Below, in pieces: positions 13,559 to 25,759 of a stretch of 64,000 nucleotides of DNA. Under the pieces are notes generated by a model. It did not search any database, was not told where the DNA came from, and worked only from the letters and a program-made list of their open reading frames with translations. Origin of the DNA: Eledone cirrhosa (lineage: Eukaryota); the NCBI GenBank assembly GCA_964016885.1, contig OZ024743.1, positions 282,968,001-283,032,000 on the forward strand, given 5' to 3'. Positions within the stretch are counted from its first letter, which is position 1. Every line of letters begins with the position of its first letter. The position numbers and the translations under genes are program-made.

Positions 13559-14431
13559 ATGGGGGTAACAAAAAGAGAAGAAAAAAAAAACTCACAGAAA
13601 CTAAACTAAACAAGGAAAAAACTAATAAGGAAAAAACATAAAAGTTATAGCAAAATTATACGGTACGAGGCTCTGTGATAAGGATGCAAATATATGTTGC
13701 ATCAATATATAACAGACAGGTCCATCAAAGCCCGTATCTCGCACTTGCCACTAATAAACAGACGTCGTTTTGTGGGTTGTTTTTAGTTTTCAATTAATGT
13801 ATCTGCATTGTTTGATGTCAGCGGCGAAAACACACGCCTGCATTTCGTCACACACTCACTTACACACAGAATTATTGATATATGTCTATATATAGATATT
13901 TGTATATACTTGTATGTGCGTGCATATGTGTGTAAAGGAAAATACTATTAATAAACTATTTCGTTGATATGTATTGAGTTTTACAGTGATGATTATTTCT
14001 GTTGTTCTTTGTTATATTCGTGATTGGCTATTAATAATTTTACTGAGTATTCGATATATGATGATCAGGGTGATGATAGTCATAAGGTGTGATACTAGTA
14101 TTTAGTAGTCGGTGGTGTATCATGATGACAAAGTGACAGTAGTGTGTGCTATGAATTACGTATAGTATTAAATTGCCGGTTCCTCTGTTTAAAAAAAATC
14201 AAAACTAAAGCGTATATATATATATATAAATGCAAGTGTATGTGTATACTCCGAAAGCGGGTATGGAGAAGTAAAATTTGTGGGCCGGTTAATACGTATA
14301 TTTTTTCCCTTATTTCAGTGGTTAATATTAGCCTTTTGTTCTCTGTAAATCGATTATTGGACGGCACCTATATCTCCTTTCTCGCTATATTTTTATTGTA
14401 AATATTCCTTCTCCCTTTCACTTAATTCCAG

Positions 14432-14522
14432 TTTACAAAAGTCAAATCAAAATATTGCTGGCAGATGAAAGATATTCTTTAAAAACAAACATTAATATAA
14501 TGAGTGCATCAACAGAATATCG
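14432..14522 (+). other. Candidate 91-bp exon (5' UTR plus ATG at 14500, MSASTEY-R)
   Basis: Polypyrimidine acceptor ttccttctccctttcacttaattccag| and donor CG|GTAAGA. Confidence 0.45.
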
Positions 14523-17500
14523 GTAAGAAGCAAAACTCTGAAGTAAATTTGCTGAATATGAAATGTTAATTACAGCTGTAACATTGAGGTATTAAAACAT
14601 GGGTGAGTGGGTTGTTGCATTGAATGATAGAGTGTATCAGAGAAATAGTTATAGCGGAGTTGTAATATAAGATGTGTCACATTGAGTTTGTTGCGCAGAG
14701 AAAGTTGTGCAACATAGAGCAGCTGGATATGTGGTTAGTTGTTATACATATGTGTTACTGGGAAGTTTGACAGAGAACTGTGATTTTGATTCATGTGTGT
14801 AGAATGGAAATCTAAGGTGAAGTGGTTCTTAAAACTCGAAATATAAAGGAAGTATTTCGATGTTATTTATTCTCATCATATCAGAGATGCTGATGTTTTT
14901 TTCTCTCTTTTTTTCTTCTTTTTCTTATTTGCTTTCTTATCGTTTAAGTTACGGTTTGTGTTGTTTGCTTTCTTCTCGTTTAAGTTGGTAAATTAGAGGG
15001 TTTTCCAGTTATTACATGTTCAAGGTGATGAATGAATCTTCGATCGTTGATCACACGAAAAAAAAAAAAAAAAAAACAACGCAAAAAGGAACACTATTTA
15101 ATTATAAAAATAACAAATCAACAATTAAAAACTGCATGTAAAACCTTAATATGATAATTCGAGTTTCAAGAAAATAAAGTTTGCCCAGAGATTGATTATA
15201 TATTTTAAAATGTAAATATAAAATTCCGCGGAACTCTGATAATGAACGAAGGGGTGCTCTTGTAAATTAATTCCTTTTAGTGTTATCTTTTCAGATGAGG
15301 CAGCATTTATAAAGTTTTATATAAAAATAAGTGAATATTTGTGTTATGTGTGTAAATAAATGGACGCTAACAAGGATGGAAGTTATATCATGATAGTGAT
15401 GTAGATGCTGTAGTCAGCCTATAACATTTGGGAACCAGCAGGTTCTTTCTTTTGATGCTGTCTAACATTACGAGTTTATCAGCTACTTACTATTCCACAC
15501 CCACAGACTCACCACAATGATAGTAGCGGTAGGTGAGGACTGATCGAATGAGTAGTGGTAGTAATAGTCGAAGTTAACTACTACTATTATTACTATAAAC
15601 AGTGGTCTGAGTTCAAATCCCGCCGAGGTTAACTTTGCCTTTCATCCTTACACGGTCGATGAAATAAAGTACCAGTAATGCACTGGATAATTGTTGGCCT
15701 TGTGCCAAAAGTAGAAACAATTATTACTATAAACAGTAGCTACTGAATGGGACACACACACACGTGATGAAGGAGTAACAAAGTGACTGTGATACAGAAC
15801 AAAGGTTGTGTTTGTGTTTATGTGTATGTGTATAGGCCGGGGGATTTGACAGTCTGCTGCTGCGTGTTGTATAGAATTTCGGTGTATTTCTGTGTTGTCA
15901 ATGCTGGTAGTGATAGTGGCAGTTGTCAAATTGTATTAGAGCATGGATGCGGAGGAATATCGGCCGGCTGGGAAGTTCTCTTAAGCCCGAAAGATCGGTG
16001 TAGAAAAATAATGAGAAGTAACAAATGTAGAGAGCCGAATGGAAAGAAACAGAACGAGAATTTTTATAAGGAATCGTATTTTCATCAAATTGTATCATAT
16101 TTCAATATTATCCCCAGGTCAACCCTGATCGGGCAGACCTGTTATTTAGAGGCATTCCGACTGTGATCATACCATCTTTTATGGATATCTAAGACTACAT
16201 TATCCAATGTGTCCTTTATGTTTTTATTACGCTTGGATGTGATTTGATTGCTATTTCTAGCATATCGAATGCTCACGTAGTGGCTTCGTATCTCAGTATG
16301 TAAATGTGATATACAATAAATTAATGTACATAACACACACGGACACTCAAAATAGAATGTAGCAATGTAATATGCCACAAAAACACACACATAGAAGAAA
16401 AGATAAATATTATATCACATACTTGAGCTATAGAGTCACTTGACCTTCTATCATCAGAAGTATGTATTAATAGATGATAGGCCCTTTTGACTGTTCAAAG
16501 ATAAACTAGTGTCTGGAGTGGATTTGAACACAGAACCTATGGAGTCATTAATAATTAGTATACGGCTACAAGCATTTAATTGAGTCAATGATAGACTCAA
16601 CATGGCATATCTGTATATACAGACAGACATGTGTATGTGACTGAGGACTGTTTGTCTTGAAATTACCTGTTGTATATTTTAAAAGTTGGCTTCCCGTCTC
16701 CTTCATTATTTCCATTCACGTGATTATTTCTTCTTTTCTGATCTATCATTATATTTCATTGTTTCTTCTTTTCTCTGAATCAAAACTTGCTCTCATCTCT
16801 TCTCTTCATTTCCCAATGCCTTCCCATGCACACATACTTTGATAACATGCTTTCTTTCTTTCTTTCTATTCCCTTACTCTCTACATCTCAGTAGCACACC
16901 AAAAACCTTCGTTTCAAAATTCTTGTCTATCTTCAATGCTGTCCCCCACCCCCATCTCCTATCCCCAACTTTGCATGTGTTAAACAATTCACCATCCAAC
17001 ATTCTGAGCCATGAAAGGATTCAACATTACAGATATGATGGATGATTACTAATCCAGCAAGTGCCAAGCTTTAGACTTCTGAGTGAGTTTGGGCACTATA
17101 AAGACATTATTCTTCACAGAGTTCTAGGAGCATGAGACTATTGCTTTTCATCTTTTCCACACCGAAATAGCCAAGGGAGTTCAACATATGCCAGTCTGTT
17201 CCAGCCCTGGTATTGGTGTCCACCAGTAAAATGACCTTGTCTGAACTGGAGATTTTTGTGAGTACAGCTCTCAACTAGGCATAGAATTCAGCTCAGTCTT
17301 CATCAGGATTGAACAAAGTAGAAGTACAGGCACTTATCAGAGTGATACTTATTTTTCAAGGTCATCAATCAGTCATTCATAGAAATAGGAAACTCTTCCA
17401 CTTTTAGTATTTCAGATTAGACTACAAAGTCTACACTATCCTCCCTGTACTCTTCTTTTGATTTACCTTTCTAGAAAAAGGAATGCGTGTGCACACACAT

Positions 17501-17619
17501 ACGCACACACATACACACACACATATAAATATGAGTGTTTCATCATCACCATTTAACGGCCATTTTTCTATGCTTGCATAGGTTAGAGTGTGCATTATAT
17601 ATTTGAATCAGAATACCAA

Positions 17620-18665
17620 TGTACTCTTATTGAATGACTTCAACTTAAGTGGCCGAAGGGCCACATTTTCTCATGAATACCATACTAGGATTGCAAACAC
17701 ATAGAGTCTCTACTGGAACCCATCAGCATGGAACAAATAACCTGCTATCCAGTCAGAAGCAATAACACTTGGTTTCTGCTTCATGAAAAATCAGAAACCA
17801 TCCACAAGATAAAAGTGATCCATACAATCTTCTCTAATCATAACATTGTAGAATTAACACTGAATAATCCAAGGAAACATAATAATGCAACACCCCACCA
17901 AAGGCATGGCCACCCTGTCCAAGCTAAATTTTAAAAGCTCAATGAAAATGAATCGAGAAGGCGAAGTTGTTAGTGCCTTGTGGTATTTGTTCCCACTTTC
18001 TATTCTCATAGAGTTCAAATCTCATCATGGTCAATGTTATCTTTCATCTTTTCTGTAGAAATAAAGTACCAGTCCAGAGAAGGACATGGTAGAGCATCAA
18101 GCAAGATGTCTTATTCCAGTTCTGTGCATTCTGAATTGAAATCCTTGATGATAGGGTTGGGGCGCCTATTACCCCCCCCCCCCCCCCCCCCAACAAACTG
18201 CCTCATAGAAGGCTGGCTAGTGTGCTGTAACAACACTAATCTAAAGGACCTAGTCAAATAAGACTGACTTCATGCACTATTGGGAAAGGTTAAACACTTT
18301 GAAATTATATTCCTTGGAATTGAGAAGGGAACAATATACACTCATCTATATCTGGAAAGTTCCTGAACGACTGGTAGCAAATGTTAGCCTTTAAAACTAT
18401 ATAAATCCATGAACAGAGCACCACTGCATAAGTTTCAAAAGTTAGGTCTTCTTGCTCTTGAATAAAAATAAGGTACTGATATAGTTTGGGTTTCAAAGAG
18501 TTACAGCTTTTCAATGTTCTCTTTCAAAGCAAGGGATATACATAAGATGGATGTCAATGTTTTCAAAAAGGATTTGGACATGCTGCTATGCAAATATCGT
18601 GATGAACCTACTTCATAGCAGGAGACACAGATGAGGGTGGCAGTGTTAAACTCTCTTATTCATTA
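17620..18665 (+). mobile_element. Decayed CR1/Jockey-group LINE fragments (endonuclease remnant and 3' end)
   Basis: WERL..L.LYSLELRREQYTLIYIWK and QLFN...VFKKDLDMLL...DEP...NSL motifs; interrupted by decayed SINE B pieces. Confidence 0.6.
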
Positions 18666-18999
18666 AATATTGAGGATTACGCTGAAATAGATATTATATG
18701 AGCTGTTCTCCAAAAGCCACTCTGGGATGCTTAGAAACCAGTATAAGAATAAACGAATATATATATATATATATATATAATTTTGTGTAAAAATATCTGT
18801 ACACGAATATATAATTATATATATATACACTGTAAACGTGGTTGGTGTTAGGAAGGGCATCCAGCCGTAGAAAACCCGCCAGACAGTCCTATGCGAGCAA
18901 GACAACCACTCTTGCCTCAAGTGGGAAAACTCCCGTCCAAACCCATGCAAGCATGGAAGATGGACGTTAAACGATGATGATGATGATGATATATATATA

Positions 19000-19312
19000 T
19001 TAAAATAACAGATTAAAGTTTAAGCAAAGAATCGCTGCTTTCACACTTAACGGGATCTTCTGAAACTAAAAAAAATCAATCTATGAATGCAGAAGTAAAT
19101 ATTTCGAAAAACGTTGCAACCGAAGGAAAACAGGAAGATGATACTTTGGTTCGTGAAGATGTTCCCTGGCAATGAAATGAATGGAAAAAAGCGAAGATAA
19201 TACGTCAGCAATGAGAACAAGATTTGCTCTAGGGCTCTTATATATTTGATAGATATTTATCCTTATCAAGCCCTCTTTGGATTTTAGTCTTCACATTTAT
19301 TATTATTACTAA
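19000..19312 (-). mobile_element. Hammerhead-like element family (other copies: 23537-23618 internally deleted; 46165-46346)
   Basis: agttt-CAGAAGA-tcccgttaagtgt-GAAA-gca..tgc-TT-aaact at 19017-19067; flanked by (TA)n. Confidence 0.6.
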
Positions 19313-19327
19313 TTATATATATATATA

Positions 19328-19672
19328 AGGAGGCACATGGCTTAGTGGTTAGAGCATTGGCCTTGCAATCGAAAGGTTGTGAGTTCAATTCTCAGACGGG
19401 GTGATGTGTTGTTTCCTTGAGCAAGACACTTTATTTCACATTGCTCCAGTTTACTCAGCTGTAGAAATGAGATGATAGGGACTGGGGTCCATATCATTCC
19501 ACTGCAAAGTGGTCGTGGAGGTGCCACGGTAAAAAAGCACCCAGCACTCACTGTAAATGAGGTTGGTGTTAGGAAGGGCATCCAGCTGTAGAAATCAAGC
19601 CAGTATCAGTTCCCGTCCCACCCTTGCAAGCAGGGAAAAAGCGGACGTAAAATGAAATGAAATGAAATGAAT
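19328..19672 (+). mobile_element. SINE family A, full length
   Basis: tRNA A/B boxes, CORE-like segment, RTE-type 3' end, (GAAAT)n tail. Confidence 0.92.
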
Positions 19673-19734
19673 ATATAATTAATTATTGAGAGGGTGGGCA
19701 GTATCTTTGCACTAAATTAATTAAAGTTGGTTAG

Positions 19735-20106
19735 AAGTGAGCCAGACAGATATTATAAGCGTGCAACGTTATAGCTATGTATGTAATGCAGAGAGCCAGA
19801 CATACAGAAACATATTGTAAGGGCATGATGTTATAGCTATGTATCTATCTAAAAAGACAGATTAAGAAAGAGAGAGGAATGTCGTATAACTGGAAGTGTT
19901 GACATTTGAAAATTTTAAAGAAGTGAATATTTAAATAAGCGATAAAATATCTTTAATCTTTTAACGAAATTTAGAAGACAAAAATACCCTCACCTTTTTA
20001 CTTGGAAAAAGTTACATCTATGATGCAAATTTGGTGCTGTTTGGTCCAGCTGTTTGGCGAAAAGTTTGTTACATACATACGGCCGTCAGCTTTATAATAT
20101 AGAAGA
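19735..20106 (-). mobile_element. Non-autonomous Helitron 5' portion, directly abutting the CTAG end of another (20109-20112)
   Basis: Minus strand reads gacgggtaacatgCTAG ta TCTTCTATATTATAAAGC; internal sequence shared with 22820-22865 and 46050-46140. Confidence 0.65.
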
Positions 20107-20751
20107 TACTAGCATGTTACCCGTCAAAAATACTATAAGTTTATAGTAAAAAAATTGTATGTAAAAATTGTATGTAAAGATGCAATTATCCTTAACATTC
20201 CCCCCCTTGTCACTCTAACCGTCGCTGTATTTAATTTTACATTGGTTTAAATCAATTACAATAATTTTCTTCCATATTTTCTTTAATCACTATCAAACAT
20301 ATATCCACTAAATTCTATCTATTTTCGGACTGCTATTGTGATTGATGCTTTGTTATAGGCAGGCAGGTTGGTAGGTAGGTGGATTGATATACAAACAAAA
20401 GTATGCAGATAGATAGACAGACAGGCAGGACTCTGATCCCACAGGGAAGTGATCTTGCTCAATGTGTAGAAAAGAAGTTAGAAACTCTATACTGTAGTTA
20501 ACTAAGATATATATTAAATTGTGCGTGAAGCAGCCAAAATATATGATAAAGTTATATCTGTATATACACAGAATAGAGGTAACCAAAACTCCATAGATGT
20601 GTAAATAAATTTATATTTACTTATATACCCTATAACTTATATTAAATACCAACATGAGTGCTACTTATATGCAAATTAGTGTGTCCATTTCAGGTTACTA
20701 CAATAAAGGTCCCTCAATTACATATATCCTTGTGGTTATTTACATGATATA

Positions 20752-20803
20752 GATGCCTTCTGATGAAAACCCAACTAGGTTTGAAAACCAGTTAAAGGTG
20801 TTT
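20752..20803 (+). ncRNA. Minimal type I hammerhead ribozyme, intact core
   Basis: atgcctt-CTGATGA-aaacc caacta ggttt-GAAA-accagt-TA-aaggtgt. Confidence 0.75.
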
Positions 20804-21094
20804 ATCTTTCTTTCAATTTAAAAGGAAATAAGTATAACTGGTATGTTTACATGTCTATATATTAAAAATGTGTAAGTTTATATACACATTTACATACTTT
20901 TGGATACTTCTATTCTGTATATAATTATATATACATATATATATATAATTATAACAAGCCAGACAATAAGGTATCCCCTAGGGTTGCCGATTTTCATACA
21001 CTCAATAGCTCAATAGTGGATAAACAGATTTGCATGGGTACATATATATATATATATATATATGTTGCATGGGTACATATATATATATATATAT

Positions 21095-21703
21095 ATGTTG
21101 TTTACTCGAGAGAAGGCTGCGTTGGTATGGACACGTGATGCGCATGAAAGTCGATAGCTGTATTACAAAGTGCAGGGCAATAAAGATAGACGGTAGCCAC
21201 GGAATAGGCAGACCTAGAAAAACATGGGATGAGCTGATAAACTCCGACCTCACACACTTACACCTCTCCAAGACAATGTCACTGGACCGTGACCTTTGGC
21301 GGTACTCAGTAACAGAGAAGACCCGCCTTGCCAGTAGGCATCTCTAACAAACTACACCCCGTCCCGCCACCACCCCCACCCCATCCACACCACCCCGTTC
21401 TATGTAAAGTTATGTTGGTGCCGCGCCATCCAGGCCGAAACAAATGAGATCGTGTAGGTGTCACGACAAAAAAACACACAGTCCACGCTGTAATGTGGCC
21501 GTGTAGGCAACACGGTAAAAACCTCCCAGACCCACACTGTAAATGTGGTTGGTGTTAGGAAGGGCATCCAACTGTAGAAAACCTGCCAGACAGTCCTATG
21601 CGAGCAAGACAATCACTCTTGCCTCAAGTGGGACTACCCCCGTCCAAACCCATGCAAGCGTGGAACACGGACGTTAAACGTTGATGATGATGATGATGAT
21701 GAT
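21095..21703 (+). mobile_element. 5'-truncated young RTE copy, nearly identical to 39385-40017
   Basis: Direct sequence match apart from an approximately 30-bp deletion at about 21330. Confidence 0.93.
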
Positions 21704-21950
21704 ATAAATAGATAGATAAATATACATGGGTGTGTATGATTGTGTATAGAAGATTATATTAATAAGAGGAATTCCAACTTTGTCTGATTTACTCGTTTTA
21801 TTTACAATCCTTTAAAATTTATAATGGTATTATAATGAAATAGTATGGTAGAATATTAAATGTTAAGTGTTAATTGAACAACTACTTTCATGCTTTCGCA
21901 ATCTTCAAGCTCATAATGTGTGGTGACAGTCAAGTTTGCAAGTATTTAGT

Positions 21951-22160
<210 letters not shown>

Positions 22161-22486
22161 GGAAGCACATGGCTTAGTGGTTAGAGCATTGGCCTTGCAA
22201 TCGAAAGGTTGTGAGTTCAATTCTCAGATCGGGTGATGTGTTGTTTCCTTGAGCAAGACACTTTATTTCACATTGCTCCAGTTTACTCAGCTGTAGAAAT
22301 GAGATGATATCATTCCACTGTAAAGTGGACGTGGAGGTGCCACGGAAAATAAGCACCCAGCACTCACTGTAAATGAGGTTGGTGTTAGGAAGGGCATCCA
22401 GCTGTAGAAATCAAGCCAGAATCAGTTCCCGTCCCACCCTTGCAAGCAGAGAAAAGTGGGTGTAAAATGATGATGATGATGATGAT
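22161..22486 (+). mobile_element. SINE family A
   Basis: Matches 19328-19672; (GAT)n tail. Confidence 0.92.
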
Positions 22487-22649
22487 ATGTGTGTGTGTGT
22501 ATGTATATCATCATCATCATCTATATATATTAAATAAGGTTTTGTAATTGTATCTGTGTTTGTCTTTTTTAATCTTGAACTATATATATATATAAGCAAG
22601 GAAACGCGGACGTAAAATGATGATGATGATGATGATGATGATACACATA

Positions 22650-23135
22650 TCTATCTAAACTATAATAAAGTAAGAAGTGCGGGACTGCATACGGTTTATC
22701 ATTTTTTATCTCCTTAGTAAAATAAGTTGGATTACTTTGAATAAATAATGAATGAATATTACATAATTTATCTACTAAATTTCGTCGCTGTTGATTAACT
22801 ATATTTTATTACTTATTTAAAGATTCACTTCTTTAAAATTTTCAAATGTCAATACTTCCGGTTAGCGATTGTTTAAATAAATATTCATATATTTCTGTCA
22901 CTAATTTTTTTCCTAATGCAGTTTATATATAATATCATCTTTTTTTAATGTATCATGGATTATGTTACTGATTACATAAGACAGTGTAACACAGTCTTCG
23001 TTCAATTTCTGTGTATATTGTCAATTACGATTTTATTTGATGTATCATATATACATGCATATATACTTGCATATAATATCAATATACACACTACACATGC
23101 TAGCAGAAAACCACGAAGGCTGGTTTTTCTGATAG
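22650..23135 (+). mobile_element. Non-autonomous Helitron (unit 1 of a tandem trio)
   Basis: A|TCTATCTAAACTATAATAAAG start; aaaacca-cgaaggc-tggtttt hairpin then ATAG end. Confidence 0.55.
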
Positions 23136-23627
23136 TCTATATAATACTAAAAGTCTGTGATTGAATACAGCCAAAAGGGTGCATAATGGGAAAATACTTT
23201 GAAAGGAAGTTGCCCCTGAAATGGGAATACAAATGGAATAAAACAAGTTTCATGTAAATCAGACCATGGGTCTCCGAGATATAGGGTTTTTCTGGGTACC
23301 TTCATAAATAAAGGGAGAGAAAGATAGAGAGGAAGAGATAGTGGTTGTGAGAGAGTAGATTGAAAGAGAGACATAGAGAGAGGGAGAGGAGACAGAGAAG
23401 GAGAATGGAAGAGAGCTGGTGGTGCTGCTGTGTATATATATGTGTGTGTCTATTACCAGTGCATGTAGATCACAGACACTCACATATATATATATATATA
23501 CACACACACACATTTATATATATATATATATATATAGTAATAATAATAAATTTGAAGACTAAAATCCAAAGTGAAAGCAGCGATTCTTTGCTTAAACTTT
23601 AATCTGTTATTTTAATAAATATATATA

Positions 23628-24619
23628 TATATTCATTAGTTAAGCAAAACAAGACCACAAATTTCACAAGGAAGACATTATTAAAAGATTGTCAACATAT
23701 TTAGTTTGATGTAAGGAATGTAGAGAATAATAATAATAATAATATTAATAATAATAATGCCCGTTTACAATTGTTTCGCTACTCCGTATAATATTTCTGG
23801 ATCAGATGACTATGTATCATAATTGATCTGGTTCAGTTGAAAATAATTAACATATTTAAAAAAACAGAGTGGCTCATCGGAACTCAAAGGAATATAAATT
23901 AAAATAATGTTACATAATATAATGTTCCATATATTACCATAGTAAAAACTAATATATGGAACATTATATTATGTAACATTATTTTAATTTATATTCCTTT
24001 GAGTTCCGATGAGCCACTCTGTTTTTTTAAATATGTTAATTATTTTCAACTGAACCAGATCAATTATGATACATAGTCATCTGATCCAGAAATATTATAC
24101 GGAGTAGCGAAACAATTGTAAACGGGCATTATTATTATTGGATTGGCAGTATCGGTAGAGAGTCGGACGCCATGCTTTCCAGCATAGTTACGTCCCTTTA
24201 CGATCTGAGTTCAAATCCCGCCGAGGTTGACTTTGCCTTTCATCCTTACGGGGTCGATAAAATAAAGTACCAGTAATGCACTGGGTAATTGCTGGCCTTG
24301 TGCCTAAAATAGAAACAATTATTATTAATATTATTATTATTATTATTCTCTACATTCCTTACATCAAACTAAATATGTTGACAATCTTTTAATAATGTCT
24401 TCCTTGTGAAATTTGTGGTCTTGTTTTGCTTAACTAATGAATATTTCCAGCTCTGCGCACCTAACCTCTGCATGAACCCAGCCACCTAGCTGCTTTCTAC
24501 TGCATATTGCACATTGAGCACATGCCTTTACGCTTTGGTTTCTAACTAACTCACCAATTTTTCCTCTCATATCTCCTCTACTATCTCAATCTCTCTCTTT
24601 AAGATTGGTTACTCTTGAA

Positions 24620-24622
<3 letters not shown>
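23628..24622 (+). mobile_element. Large fold-back hammerhead element (arms of about 309 bp) plus tail
   Basis: 23628-23936 is the reverse complement of 23950-24139 + 24319-24444; CCGATGA at 24006, GAAACAATTGTA at 24109. Confidence 0.88.
24140..24318 (+). mobile_element. SINE family B inserted in the (ATT)n of the right arm
   Basis: Absent from the mirror arm; attattatt on both sides. Confidence 0.92.
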
Positions 24623-24660
<38 letters not shown>

Positions 24661-24784
24661 CACACACGTATATATCTATGGGCCTTCCAGTTTCATTTCA
24701 CATCGTATACATGTCTATGTATATTTTAATTATTTAAAAATTATTTTTAAGTGAACATGATCCAACGGGTCATGGGTGGTCGAG

Positions 24785-25142
24785 TATATTACTAAAACTC
24801 TGTGATTGCTTGCTTGCTTGTCTGTAATGTAATACAGCCAAAAGGGCGCATAATGGGAAAATACTTTGAAAGGAAGTTGACTCTGAAATGGGAATACCAA
24901 TGGAATAAAACAAGTTTCACAGGTTCCCGAGATATGGGGTTTTTCCGGCTACCTTCATAAACAGAGAGATGTTTCTCTTTCAATCTACTCTCTCACAACC
25001 ACTATCTCTTTCTATCCTTCTCTCTCTCTGTTTATGAAGGTAGCCGGAAAAACCCCATATCTCGGGAACCTGTGCACCAATTTACGTGAAACTTGTTTTA
25101 TTCCATTGGTATTCCCATTTCAGAGTAAACTTCCTTTCAAAG

Positions 25143-25175
<33 letters not shown>

Positions 25176-25251
25176 GAGTGTTTGTGTATATATATATATG
25201 TGTGTCTATGACCAGTGTATATAGATTACAGACACCCACATATATATATAT

Positions 25252-25329
<78 letters not shown>

Positions 25330-25506
25330 ACACACACATTTATATATATACATACACACACGTATATATATGGGCCTTCCAGTTTCATTTCTCATTATAT
25401 ACAGGTCTGTGTATATTTTGATTATTTAAAAATTATTTTTAAGTGAACATGATTTTAAAAAAATATTTTTAAGTGAACGTGACCCAACGGGTCACGGATG
25501 GTCTAG
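24785..25506 (+). mobile_element. Non-autonomous Helitron (unit 3) with internal inverted duplication
   Basis: gtgaccc-aac-gggtcac hairpin plus CTAG|T; 24860-24968 is inverted at 25024-25145. Confidence 0.8.
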
Positions 25507-25759
25507 TATATTATAAAACAATGCTCATCACTTTCAATCACCTATGACTTAGTAGCATAAGCCATGCTTTTGCTAATGGTTTTAGTTGTCCATGTAGTTG
25601 CAGGCAGACATGGACACCTTGACCCAGTGACAGGATGTAACAGCTAGCATGATAGAGGGGAGGGGGGCACCAGCACTGGGTAAATACTTTCTTTATCAAA
25701 CCCAAAAGGATGAAAAAGAAATTAGACTTTGGAGTGATACAAACACATGTGCATGTAAA

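Larger units (their letters stand above)
13300..16100. promoter_or_regulatory. CpG-retaining region, candidate bidirectional promoter/first-exon zone
   Basis: Visibly more CG dinucleotides than the flanks; mostly unique sequence; ATTGG (CCAAT) at about 14023; exon candidates on opposite strands. Confidence 0.45.
23136..24784 (+). mobile_element. Non-autonomous Helitron (unit 2) carrying a nested insertion at about 23535-24625
   Basis: TCTATATAATACTAAAAG start; atgatcc-aac-gggtcat hairpin plus CGAG end; colinear with unit 3 on both sides of the insertion. Confidence 0.75.

Noticed and set aside
15783-16166. 127-aa ORF
   Set aside because: Starts in (GT)-like low-complexity sequence and ends in a SINE-like repeat; no recognisable domain
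19328-19400. tRNA gene
   Set aside because: A/B boxes are present but run into a SINE body repeated several times; no proper acceptor stem
23628-24444. Fold-backs as MITEs or pre-miRNAs
   Set aside because: No shared TIRs or TSDs, variable centres within a family, one-sided tails and ribozyme motifs favour retro-derived inversions
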